From: a virus
Lineage: Duplodnaviria; Caudoviricetes
Virus record (IMG/VR): IMGVR_UViG_3300037461_001438
Span: 1-64,000 of that record
Length of the DNA: 64,000 nt
Strand: one strand, 5' to 3'
Part shown: piece by piece, positions 19,701 through 27,700 of the stretch
How positions within the stretch are numbered: the stretch's first letter is position 1
How the letters are laid out: each line of letters starts with the position of its first letter
Made by a program: the position numbers and the translations under genes
The notes under the pieces: generated by a model
The model's database searches: none
What the model saw: the letters and a program-made list of their open reading frames with translations, nothing else
Told to the model about the DNA's origin: nothing

Positions 19701-19841
19701 AACGCCAAGCCAGCATTCATCTACTCCGCAACAAAGCCGACCTTCGTGGTCGATGCCTTGAAGCCGGAGCTGACCTCCGACCAGGAGAAGCCATCATTTG
19801 TCGTTACAAACACAAAACCCAGGTTTGCAGCCACACGATAG
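16704..19841 (+). CDS. 1045-aa repeat protein (recurring [ILV]DA[LIFV] about every 14-15 aa)
   Basis: Degenerate periodic motif along almost the whole length. Confidence 0.8.
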   Translation: MSWTYQPLLPAAADLQAGGAQENTIATGADGYLQKADAKTTGADGYLQKADSKTTGADGYLQKADSKTTGADGYLQKADSKTTGADGILQAFALKTFGIDAYTLAPYTKTISIDAVLYEQIIHYVNDVVLDYQTSTTGEKTISLDALVQAALTKSFGYDAYIQKTISASLSLDGFLRISKELGIPVDALLMRLGMSSSVSIDSLVSQLNLYRNASIDVLANKAGLIAAADLDAMATKATEIQAAMDVLANKTGIFAGTSIDAMTLLQAIKQVQADALLLKEGAQKQADLDAVISQTKALEASIGALIKKTIAANIGLDAIAAFSELYETAQIDAFIKEIKILQGELDALVSKQGLSSSSTIDAQVYLQVLKEIQADAVLLKLGQEKPTEVDAIIWQAKSLQASIEALLQKATVSSVGLDALTGADGAYESAEIDAFIQQAKVLQGQFDALLSSEGLSSETAIDAQLYIQALRQIQTDALLAKSDQTKSAEADAILQKATALETSIDASLQKAFFDAVGIDALIESNALYVENIVLDFAAAGTKTASLNALLQKALLKSTQLDAIIVSMIAKTIGADAILSKIGLSLTVAVDSLISGLRLSASTDVDSLLQATGLSVASPVDALISKAGTEIGAAIEAFIANAGIEKTASIDSVLSMAGVEKTALVDALLHKIGLSCETSLDAYTQKLNSIQTALDAVLEVLEFPTANFDALLIKNLFTATGLDSTLLKTGVLSQAEVDALIQELEKTLSVGLDAFATHAFAKTPQIDALISAVARVTNLSVDAVLSMIGQSTTAIDAIIERITGLYTSLDAMLRKTKGTSAQVDALVRKLFSKSVSIGAVLSKMFSCAAAIDAFLVITRAKTLSVDAVLLKTVTRNFLVDSYLTKSDIMVSPLIDAHLYNLGRIDQQLDALLSKRFVSWVALDAYLTRLDQKLVGFDAWLYTGTIFETTLDGILSLAIPRPVQTDALLNKAGLEKTTMMDVIIYSTLITTHAKYKFVVTNAKPAFIYSATKPTFVVDALKPELTSDQEKPSFVVTNTKPRFAATR
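16782..16964 (+). repeat. 42-bp tandem repeat, about 4.4 copies (TGADGYLQKADSKT)
   Basis: Units begin at 16782, 16824, 16866, 16908 and 16950. Confidence 0.95.
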
Positions 19842-19871
19842 GTCGAAGCCCAAAGGAAAGGACATTCAGTC

Positions 19872-20363
19872 ATGGCTGCAACCGTTCAAATCCACGAAAT
19901 GACCGGCGCAAGCACCGGAGTCGACAAGACTTCCGGCACCGTCCGTTTCAAATCCGCCGACGAAACAACCGTCGACACCAACAACCGCATCCAGATTCCG
20001 CCCTCTGGGACCACCTATTCCTACACGAAGACGCTGCGGTTCTATTTCGACAGCGCTCCTTCAGTAGACATCCAGAACCTGCGCGCCTACTCGGATGGGA
20101 GCAGCGGGTTCGGCACCGGGATCGGCGTCCAGTACGACACGTCCGGATCCTGGGCCGCGAATATCAACACAAACATCTCCGGGACCGATCTGTTCACCAA
20201 GACATCCGGCTCCCCGATCGACCTGGACGTCACGAACACCGGCCCACACACCGGGACTGGATACAAAGGCGACTTCCTGCGGCTGCAGATGACCGTTGCC
20301 GACACCGCGTCCCCTGGATCTCTTACTCCCGAGACACTTACGTTCGCCTACGACGAAACCTAA
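19872..20363 (+). CDS. Putative virion structural protein
   Basis: High GC3, T/S/G-rich beta protein; followed by a GC hairpin at 20371-20400. Confidence 0.6.
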   Translation: MAATVQIHEMTGASTGVDKTSGTVRFKSADETTVDTNNRIQIPPSGTTYSYTKTLRFYFDSAPSVDIQNLRAYSDGSSGFGTGIGVQYDTSGSWAANINTNISGTDLFTKTSGSPIDLDVTNTGPHTGTGYKGDFLRLQMTVADTASPGSLTPETLTFAYDET

Positions 20364-20417
20364 TCTCAAACAAGGGGCCCCGGGGATCCGGGGCCCCTGG
20401 AATAAAGACGGGGTGGC

Positions 20418-20771
20418 ATGGAACCGAATCAATTCTACACATGGGAAATGGAAACAGCAGACGGCGAAGTGCGGCGCCAGTACGATGAGTCCGGAAAAGA
20501 GCAGACATGGAAAACGCTGCCGCTTCACCGGATCGTGAGAGTCTCTTTCATACCGGCCGTCAACCTTTTACCGAAACACGACATCCTGCTTGACTTGACG
20601 CAGGGCGATCAGTTCGTAAGGCGATTCGGGCGCGGTTTCATGAAACTCACAAACGACGGCGTGCGCCTCAAAGAATACCTGAACTGCTGCGTCACCAACA
20701 AATATCGCGCATGGGTGTTTTCGAGCGGGCGGATGATCATCACACCGCCGGAGCTGGAGATCAATCTATGA
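20418..20771 (+). CDS. Hypothetical protein
   Basis: 117-aa ORF, ATGA overlap with the next gene. Confidence 0.6.
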   Translation: MEPNQFYTWEMETADGEVRRQYDESGKEQTWKTLPLHRIVRVSFIPAVNLLPKHDILLDLTQGDQFVRRFGRGFMKLTNDGVRLKEYLNCCVTNKYRAWVFSSGRMIITPPELEINL

Positions 20772-21082
20772 GCCAGAAATTCACGCTGTCTCGTGCAAAA
20801 GACCCATACGAGCGCTTCTTTGCCGAAATCGACATTTCGCAATGGCTTGCCAACGAGACGATTTCAAATGTCGACTTCACCGCCCAGGATGAAGATGGGG
20901 TCAATATGTCGACGACGTTTCTTGACGCGGCGAAATGCACTTTCAGCGCCGGCATCCTGAAGCCCTATATCCAAAACGGCGAAGACGGCAAACGCTATCA
21001 CATTGTCATGAAGGTGAGCACGCTCCAGGACCCGAGCCGGGATGTCTTCACCCTGACCGTCAACGTCAAAAACATCATCTGA
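20768..21082 (+). CDS. Hypothetical beta protein
   Basis: KDPYE...DISQWLANETIS pattern of small phage Ig-like proteins. Confidence 0.55.
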   Translation: MSQKFTLSRAKDPYERFFAEIDISQWLANETISNVDFTAQDEDGVNMSTTFLDAAKCTFSAGILKPYIQNGEDGKRYHIVMKVSTLQDPSRDVFTLTVNVKNII

Positions 21083-21089
21083 GGGTAAA

Positions 21090-21605
21090 ATGGCACTCAT
21101 ACTCGTAGCCACCCCCGGCGCCTCCGACGCAAACACCTACTGCACATTGTCGGATGCAAACACCTACTTTCAATCGCGCCTCCACAAAACCGCATGGGAG
21201 GATGCCGGAAGCACCGAAAAAAACGCGGCGCTTGTCTGGGCAACCCGGCTTCTCGACGAGCTGGTCATCTGGAACGGAAGCAAAACCGTCGATGACGGCG
21301 CCCTTAAATGGCCAAGAAGCGGCGTGAGAGACACCGACGGGATCCTCTTTGAGGAAAACGCGATCCCCACCTGGCTTGAGCAGGCGACCGCCGAATTTGC
21401 TTTTCATCTGCTCTCTGAGGATCGCACCCTCGAGACGAACCGCGATCTGAAAGGCCTACGCAAAGTCAGCGTCGATGTGATCAGCATCATCGTCGACACC
21501 AAGTCAATGAACTCGAAAAAGCCCACCATGCCGCCGTCTGTGTGGAGCATCGTCAAGTTCTACGGCAAGATGTACGGACAACGAAAAACCCTTGTGAGGG
21601 CATAA
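21090..21605 (+). CDS. Head-tail adaptor (DnaT-like domain family)
   Basis: ANTYCTLSDANTYF, ALVWATRLLD, LKWPRSG, ATAEFA; first gene of the neck module. Confidence 0.75.
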   Translation: MALILVATPGASDANTYCTLSDANTYFQSRLHKTAWEDAGSTEKNAALVWATRLLDELVIWNGSKTVDDGALKWPRSGVRDTDGILFEENAIPTWLEQATAEFAFHLLSEDRTLETNRDLKGLRKVSVDVISIIVDTKSMNSKKPTMPPSVWSIVKFYGKMYGQRKTLVRA

Positions 21606-21982
21606 TGGGACTCCTTGAAACAGTCAGGTCGGTTGCCGATGTTGCTTTCGAAATTGCAGGCAATTTCAAAGTTCAAGTTCAGTATGTCTCAAAACAGGCC
21701 CAAACATACAGTCCATCGACCGGATCAGTGACCGCAACCGCAGACAGGTCGGTCACAATGAACGTCATCATGACCAAGGCCAAATCACGCGAGGTCGACA
21801 ACGTCGCCGTCCTTGCAAACGACGTGTGGGCCCTCGCACTTCAGAGCAGCTTTGATGATTTTGAGCCGAAAGAATCCGACGAAGTCGTAAACGGCACAAG
21901 GCGTTACCGGGTAATTTCGGTCCACAAGATCATCGAATCGGGGACTGTAGCCTGGAAGCTACAGTTAAGGCTCAGAAAATGA
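21605..21982 (+). CDS. Head closure/stopper protein
   Basis: YSPSTG, D.V.NG.RRYRVISV...AWKLQLR; synteny. Confidence 0.6.
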   Translation: MGLLETVRSVADVAFEIAGNFKVQVQYVSKQAQTYSPSTGSVTATADRSVTMNVIMTKAKSREVDNVAVLANDVWALALQSSFDDFEPKESDEVVNGTRRYRVISVHKIIESGTVAWKLQLRLRK

Positions 21983-22482
21983 GAAAAGAAATCGCCAACA
22001 TAAGAGAGTTCAGGCGCTCGATCCGGCGTGACATCGAGGGAATAAAGAAGATCCTCAAAGACGCCGCCTTCAAGGCCATGGACGAGGCGATCGAATACGT
22101 CGCAGACGAAAGCAAGGTCTGGTCGGGCTCGTTTGTCTGCAGCAACCGCATCGGCGTGAACGAAAAAAATGCCGCGGCCCCGACCGACCTGAAGCGTTGG
22201 GACCCAACCGACACGAACCCAAAGTACCCGATCAAGGTCACAAAAGAAGAGGAAACGGCCGTTCGGGTGAAAGCCACGTCGGAAATGAAGGCCGATCTCA
22301 GGCTAAAACGCAAAGAAATTCAGCCATTTGGCCAGTTACACATGACGAATCGCATCGAGTATGCGGATGCCGCGAACGCCTGGTCGGGTGATGTTTACAC
22401 CAGGGCCGCCAGGGTTGCCGACCTTGCGGCTGAAAAAGAGTTTAAGCACGCGAATTCAATTGACAAAAATTCTCACTTATAG
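21979..22482 (+). CDS. Tail completion/neck protein (HK97 gp10-like)
   Basis: SKVWSGSF, MTNRIEYA; synteny. Confidence 0.55.
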   Translation: MRKEIANIREFRRSIRRDIEGIKKILKDAAFKAMDEAIEYVADESKVWSGSFVCSNRIGVNEKNAAAPTDLKRWDPTDTNPKYPIKVTKEEETAVRVKATSEMKADLRLKRKEIQPFGQLHMTNRIEYADAANAWSGDVYTRAARVADLAAEKEFKHANSIDKNSHL

Positions 22483-22488
22483 TAAGAC
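22460..22488 (+). promoter_or_regulatory. Promoter/operator
   Basis: TTGACA-AAAAT-TCTCAC-TTATA-GTAAGA. Confidence 0.6.
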
Positions 22489-22525
22489 ATTTTCTGAATA
22501 ACATTAACTTTCTGAATAAGACTCC

Positions 22526-22918
22526 ATGAGCTTCAAAGACGCACAGCTTGCAATCGAGACGAAATTCGCCACGGCATTCTCCGGCTGCCCAGTGAAATAC
22601 GAAAACGTCGACTTCCAGGCCGGAGGCGAAGACACCTTTTGCGAGCTAATCGTGGTCAATACCGCCACACGCCGTGCCAGTATCGGGGGGCCCGGGCTTC
22701 ACCGCGAATGGGGGCTTATCCAGGCAAGAATCTTCACTCCACGAAACACAGGCACCGTTACTGGGAGGGATCTTGCCGATGGCGCAGCAGGCATTTTCAG
22801 GGACGCGCAATTCTCGGGGATCACTTGCCTAAGCCCAACGGTAAAAAATGTCGGTGAAGTGGAGGGTTGGTGGCTCACCGTCATGTCCGTGGAATTCTAC
22901 CGAGACGAAACTTTCTAA
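22526..22918 (+). CDS. Tail terminator protein
   Basis: VKYENVDF, G.IQARIFTPRNTG, AGIFRD; synteny. Confidence 0.7.
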   Translation: MSFKDAQLAIETKFATAFSGCPVKYENVDFQAGGEDTFCELIVVNTATRRASIGGPGLHREWGLIQARIFTPRNTGTVTGRDLADGAAGIFRDAQFSGITCLSPTVKNVGEVEGWWLTVMSVEFYRDETF

Positions 22919-22936
22919 GACACAGGAGATCTAAAA

Positions 22937-23860
22937 ATGTCGAACACCAATAGAGTCCAACTGGCCCTTATCGAGGAAAGCACCTGGGGCACAACCCCGT
23001 CAACCCCCAACATGGACAAGCTGCGCATCACGAGCGAATCGCTTGGCCACGAAGTCGAAACCATCACAAGCGCCGAACTTCGCGCCGACCGGAACCTCGG
23101 CGATGTCATCCAGGTCAACCGACAGAACACTGGCGGCTTCGAGTTCGAGCTTTCCTACGGGACGTTCGATGACCTGATCGCGGCAGCCCTCTTCTCCGAC
23201 TGGAACGCCAACGTCGTGAAAAACGGCGTCACCCGGCGCTCCTTCTCCATGGAGAAGGCCCTGACCGACATCGATGAGTATTTCATCTATCGCGGTATGG
23301 TCGTCTCCGAGTTCACCCTCAACCTTGCAACCCGTGCGATCTGCACCGGCTCCTTCAACTTTATGGGCGGCGCTTCGGTGCTGCAACAGACCGCCTTCGC
23401 GACGACCTACACCGCGGCCCCGACGACCGACGTCATGAACTGCATGACCAACGTCGCAAGCATCCAAGAGGGCATCCCATTTACCACGCTCTCCGGGGTC
23501 TTCATCCAGAACCTGTCCTTCACCGTGGCGAACAACCTGCGCGGCGTCTCTGCCATCGGCTACTCCACCGCCCAGGATATCGCCTACGGCAAGTGCGACA
23601 TCACCGGCAACCTGTCGCTCTACTTCACCGACGATCGGCTCTACGACAAGTTCATGGCGAACACCGCGACTGCCCTCTTCTTCAAAATGCAGGACGTGGC
23701 TGGGAATTACTATCTCTTCGAGTTCCCCAAGGTGAAGTTCGCCAGCGAGTCGATTCCGACCCCCGGCCAGGACCAGGACGTCATCGAGAACCTGACCTGG
23801 CGTGCGCTGTATGACAGCGGCATCGGGGCACAGGTTCGGATCACCCGGCACGGCGCGTAA
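22937..23860 (+). CDS. Tail tube (major tail) protein
   Basis: EESTWGTTP, LRITSESL, ITGNLSLYF, FPKVKF; high GC3. Confidence 0.85.
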   Translation: MSNTNRVQLALIEESTWGTTPSTPNMDKLRITSESLGHEVETITSAELRADRNLGDVIQVNRQNTGGFEFELSYGTFDDLIAAALFSDWNANVVKNGVTRRSFSMEKALTDIDEYFIYRGMVVSEFTLNLATRAICTGSFNFMGGASVLQQTAFATTYTAAPTTDVMNCMTNVASIQEGIPFTTLSGVFIQNLSFTVANNLRGVSAIGYSTAQDIAYGKCDITGNLSLYFTDDRLYDKFMANTATALFFKMQDVAGNYYLFEFPKVKFASESIPTPGQDQDVIENLTWRALYDSGIGAQVRITRHGA

Positions 23861-23966
23861 CCGATTGGGCCGGTGAGGGAGCCAACGGTGCTGCCCCGTC
23901 ACCCGCGGAACTCGATCCGGCCCAAACTAAAACAAAAATATCAACGGGGCATAACGGGGAGGCAGT

Positions 23967-24434
23967 ATGAGTTTCGGATCCTTCGAAGAAATTTACGCAA
24001 AAGACGAAAGCAAATCGGAAAGCGGAGTACCCATGGACATCGGGTTCAACAAGAAGGGCGAGCCGATCGTCTTCATTGTGGCCGAGATGGGAAACTCTAA
24101 GAACGAGCGCTCGATGCGTCGTTACGAAAAGGCCCTGGAGTCGGCCCGGCGCGACAAGACACGCCGGCGCATGGTGTGGGCGAAGATCCTCTCCGAGTCG
24201 ATCCTGATGGACTGGAGCGGTGTTCTCGACAACGACGGCAATCCGGTGCCGGCCACGCTGCAAAACAAGATCGCGGCCTTCGAGAAGTACGAAAAACTTT
24301 TCACTGATGTCATGGAGTTTTCGCAGAACCCGGAGAACTACCGGCCCGACGACAAGCAGGATGATCCGGCGGAGGAGTCGGAAAAAAACTTAAAGAGTGG
24401 GTCCGGTGGAACACCCGTTACGCCGGTCAGCTGA
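23967..24434 (+). CDS. Tail assembly chaperone (gpG-like)
   Basis: Between tube and TMP genes; ILMDWSGV.D.DG..VP motif. Confidence 0.8.
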   Translation: MSFGSFEEIYAKDESKSESGVPMDIGFNKKGEPIVFIVAEMGNSKNERSMRRYEKALESARRDKTRRRMVWAKILSESILMDWSGVLDNDGNPVPATLQNKIAAFEKYEKLFTDVMEFSQNPENYRPDDKQDDPAEESEKNLKSGSGGTPVTPVS

Positions 24435-24742
24435 CGTTCTTTCTAAACCTCGCCGATGAAGGCCGGCCGGTGCCGGCCTTGGATGAAAAGCCGGAACTCT
24501 TTCCGGAACTCATCTGGCTCTGGAAGGCCTTCATGCGGCTGAACAGATCGCGACGGTTTGGAATAAATGGTCCGGACCCATTGCAGGTTTCAGACATTAC
24601 AGCGCTGGCTGATCTGATGGAACTGACAGACCAGCCGGCGCTGCGTTTTCTTGATCGCATGCAGTTGATGGACGGGGCCTACCTCAACACTTATTACGCC
24701 AACAAGGCTAAAAAAAATGGCCGAACTAAATCTCACAGTTGA
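24383..24742 (+). CDS. -1 frameshift extension (gpGT-like)
   Basis: Slippery A AAA AAC at 24383-24389; the -1 frame is open to 24742 (KLKEWVRW...PELFPELIWLWKAF..L..SR). Confidence 0.8.
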   Translation, partial: KKLKEWVRWNTRYAGQLTFFLNLADEGRPVPALDEKPELFPELIWLWKAFMRLNRSRRFGINGPDPLQVSDITALADLMELTDQPALRFLDRMQLMDGAYLNTYYANKAKKNGRTKSHS

Positions 24743-27700
24743 TTCAACTGCTGCGGTCGGTGGCGTAAACAGGCTTGAAACAGCCCTTGAATCCGCACTC
24801 GTAAAAGCCGAAGCGCTCCAGCGCTCCCTTCACATGCAGTTCAGCATGGGCAAGGGCCATGACGCTACCACGGCCGCCATGACCAAAGCCGAACGCATGA
24901 TGAAGGCGGAAGCGACTGCGTTAAAGCGCGCCATGAAAGGCCTTGAAGTAGACATCAAGGCCACCATCAGCACAAAACACCTTATCAAAGACATGCGGGC
25001 CATTCAGCGGGCGATCACCGCCTACGGGCCGCTTAAAATATACGCCATTGTCGAAACAAAGGGTGTAGCCGGCGCGGCCAGTGCGGCGAAAGCTGCCGGA
25101 GAGGAGATCCGGAAAGAGCGCGCGGCAAAAAAAGAGGCGAAGCCGGCCGCCGCCGCCGTCATGGACACTGTTGCAGCACCGGCCGTTGCGGCCGCCAGCA
25201 AAGGAGTGGGCTCCAATTTCGTCCCCGGCAGAGACGTCGATGAAGTCATCGGCCGCTACAGAAGGGAAGACCAGCTTTGGGTTGATAAAACAGGAAGCCA
25301 CCGGATCAACGATTATAACGACGCGATCAGGATTGCGAAAGAGCGCGGCGGCACCGTGCTGCCGATTTCAGGCGAAAATCGTCAATGGGCGGTCGCCCTC
25401 GAATCGCTTGAAAAAGTCAAATACGAACTTGACGCCATTAGAAGCGAACCGCCGAAGACATCGCCCGGTGTCGTAAGCGCACCCGCAGATGCAAAACACG
25501 GCGTCTATGTCGCACGAAGCCTTGCAACTGGAGAACGTAAAAAAGGCATCACCGACGACATCGACCAGCGCATGGCCGAGCACAACGCCGGCAAAGGCGG
25601 CAAATACACCAAAAGAGACGGCGGCCCTTACGTCCTTGAGCGCTGGAGCGGACTTGTCTACCCGGACGAGGCCTCCGCGAGGGTCATGGAAAAGAAGATC
25701 CAGAAGTCCTCGAGCGCAATGAACAAAATTCCCGAAGTCGTTCGGGAGGACGCCGACCTGCGCATCCTAAAAGCCTACAGGGATCTTGCCAAAGGCCGCG
25801 GCCTTTCAAATGTCGAGATCGCCGACATCCGTGACAAAGCGGGCGTTGGACAAGGGGAGATCGCACGTTTCCTAACAGCCCGCTCCCAGGCCGGCCAGGC
25901 CGTCATGTCCCTCGGCGACGGATCGGTATCGACCAAACGCGTGCGTGGCGGCGCGGTCGAACTCCTCGGCAAGAAGAATCTTCTGGCCAGGATCGACAAC
26001 GTCGAAGACCAGATCATTGAGGCGGAGAAGCGTTTGTCGAAGCCTCGCACGATGCAGCCTCAGCCGGTGCAGCCAAAAGTTGTAGAGCCTCAACCACCAA
26101 AGCTTCCAGTAGAGCCGATTCCGGAATCGACCGCCGAATCAAAAGCAAAAGCCGACGAAAGAATGGCGCGCGCCAAGCTTCGCGATCAGGCTCAGCAAAA
26201 TCTTTATACAAAAAAGAAAAAGGTTGAGCCGGAGCCTACGCCTGCTCCAACGCCAGAGCCCAAAGTTATTCGGCGTCCCTCAAAAAGAACAATCAGCGCG
26301 ACTCCGTTTGCGCCGAGTACGGAGCCTGGGATTGTCTTCGATACGGCTGTAAAAAATCTGAGCAAAAAAGAAACCGTTGCAAGTGGCAGGCTCTTCCCGT
26401 TCATGGGAGAAGCCTGGAACGACCCAAAATATAGATCGGTCACCGCGCCATTAAACCGGCTGTGGGGCGAAATCGTCAACCGCACAAAAGATGTCGAGGG
26501 CGGGAAACATCAACGCATCCCGATGCTTGAAAAGCAGCTTGAGGCGCATTGGGGCAAACAAACCGACGTCGGGAAAGCGCTTGCACTTCTTCAGCGTGCG
26601 GCTACAGAAAAGACAATCGAGATTTCCCGCTACCCGAAAGTGTTCAATCCGGAAAGCAAGCCGCCGGACACAGATGTCCACAAAGTCGATGCCCTTAAAC
26701 GATTTCTTGAATCAAAGGGCGTCAAGGTCGGCGAACGCGAAGCCGGAAGCTACGGTTATCAAAGAGATGGGATCGTCGCATCCCCGACGCGCGAGCAGAG
26801 CCTGAAACAGCTGCAGCGCATGTTCCGTGGCCAGGATATCCAGCAGACCGGCAAAGGCGCCTATGAGATCGTGACGAAAGGCGGCGCGAGGCTCCCCTGG
26901 CAAACCGTCGGGGATCTGCCGCATCAGCGTGTGGGCCAGTACACCGTCGGCGAAGGCGTCAAGGTGCTGCGCGGCAAAGGCACGCAGATGATCACCGGCT
27001 ACCACGAGCAGGCGCACTGGCTCGAGGATACCGGCCTCATGCGGCCACAGCAGGCCGAAGCCCTCACAAAGCACCTGCGCCAAATCGGCATGGCATCGGA
27101 CGCAGAGAGCCGCGCACGCTTTTTGGGCGACACGATGTTCCGGCGCGCCTCCGGTGTTCGCCAGGATCTTCCTTCGAAAATCGAGCGGCTCGTCCAGTCG
27201 ATCGAGTCCGGCAAAATCTTCGAGAAGGCCCCGCTCTTTCCGAAAGGCGGCGGCATCGATGCGAACACGCGCTCCTACGGCATGGGACAAGATGAAATCC
27301 CGCCATATCAAAAGCGACTTGGCTCCAAACACGGGTTCTTTGAATCCCAAAAGAACGACCGCCGCATATGGTACGACTCACAGCTTGAACTTGGGCGCTT
27401 GATGCAGCTTGAGCAGGACCAGGCGGTTGCCGCTTACGGACGGGCACAGCGTCAAATCCCTTATGAGTATGGAGGAAAAAGATATTCCTACACGCCTGAT
27501 CTTGAAGTCGTAAGATCCGACGGCAGCCGCATGGTCGAGGAGATAAAGCCGTCTGCGACCAAAGCCGGCATGATGTACGGTTCGATCCCGAAGGAAACCG
27601 CTAAGGTCAATGCGGCCATCGAGTATTTGAAGAAAGCCGGGATCGGATACGACATCATTTCCGAAAAAGAGATCGGCCGCGATTTTATGAAGCAGGCGCG

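Noticed and set aside
24432-24481. SECIS-type readthrough of the chaperone TGA (strong hairpin with CGGU loop)
   Set aside because: The readthrough frame hits TAA after three codons and the hairpin is farther away than in the two candidates. It is better explained by the frameshift region.
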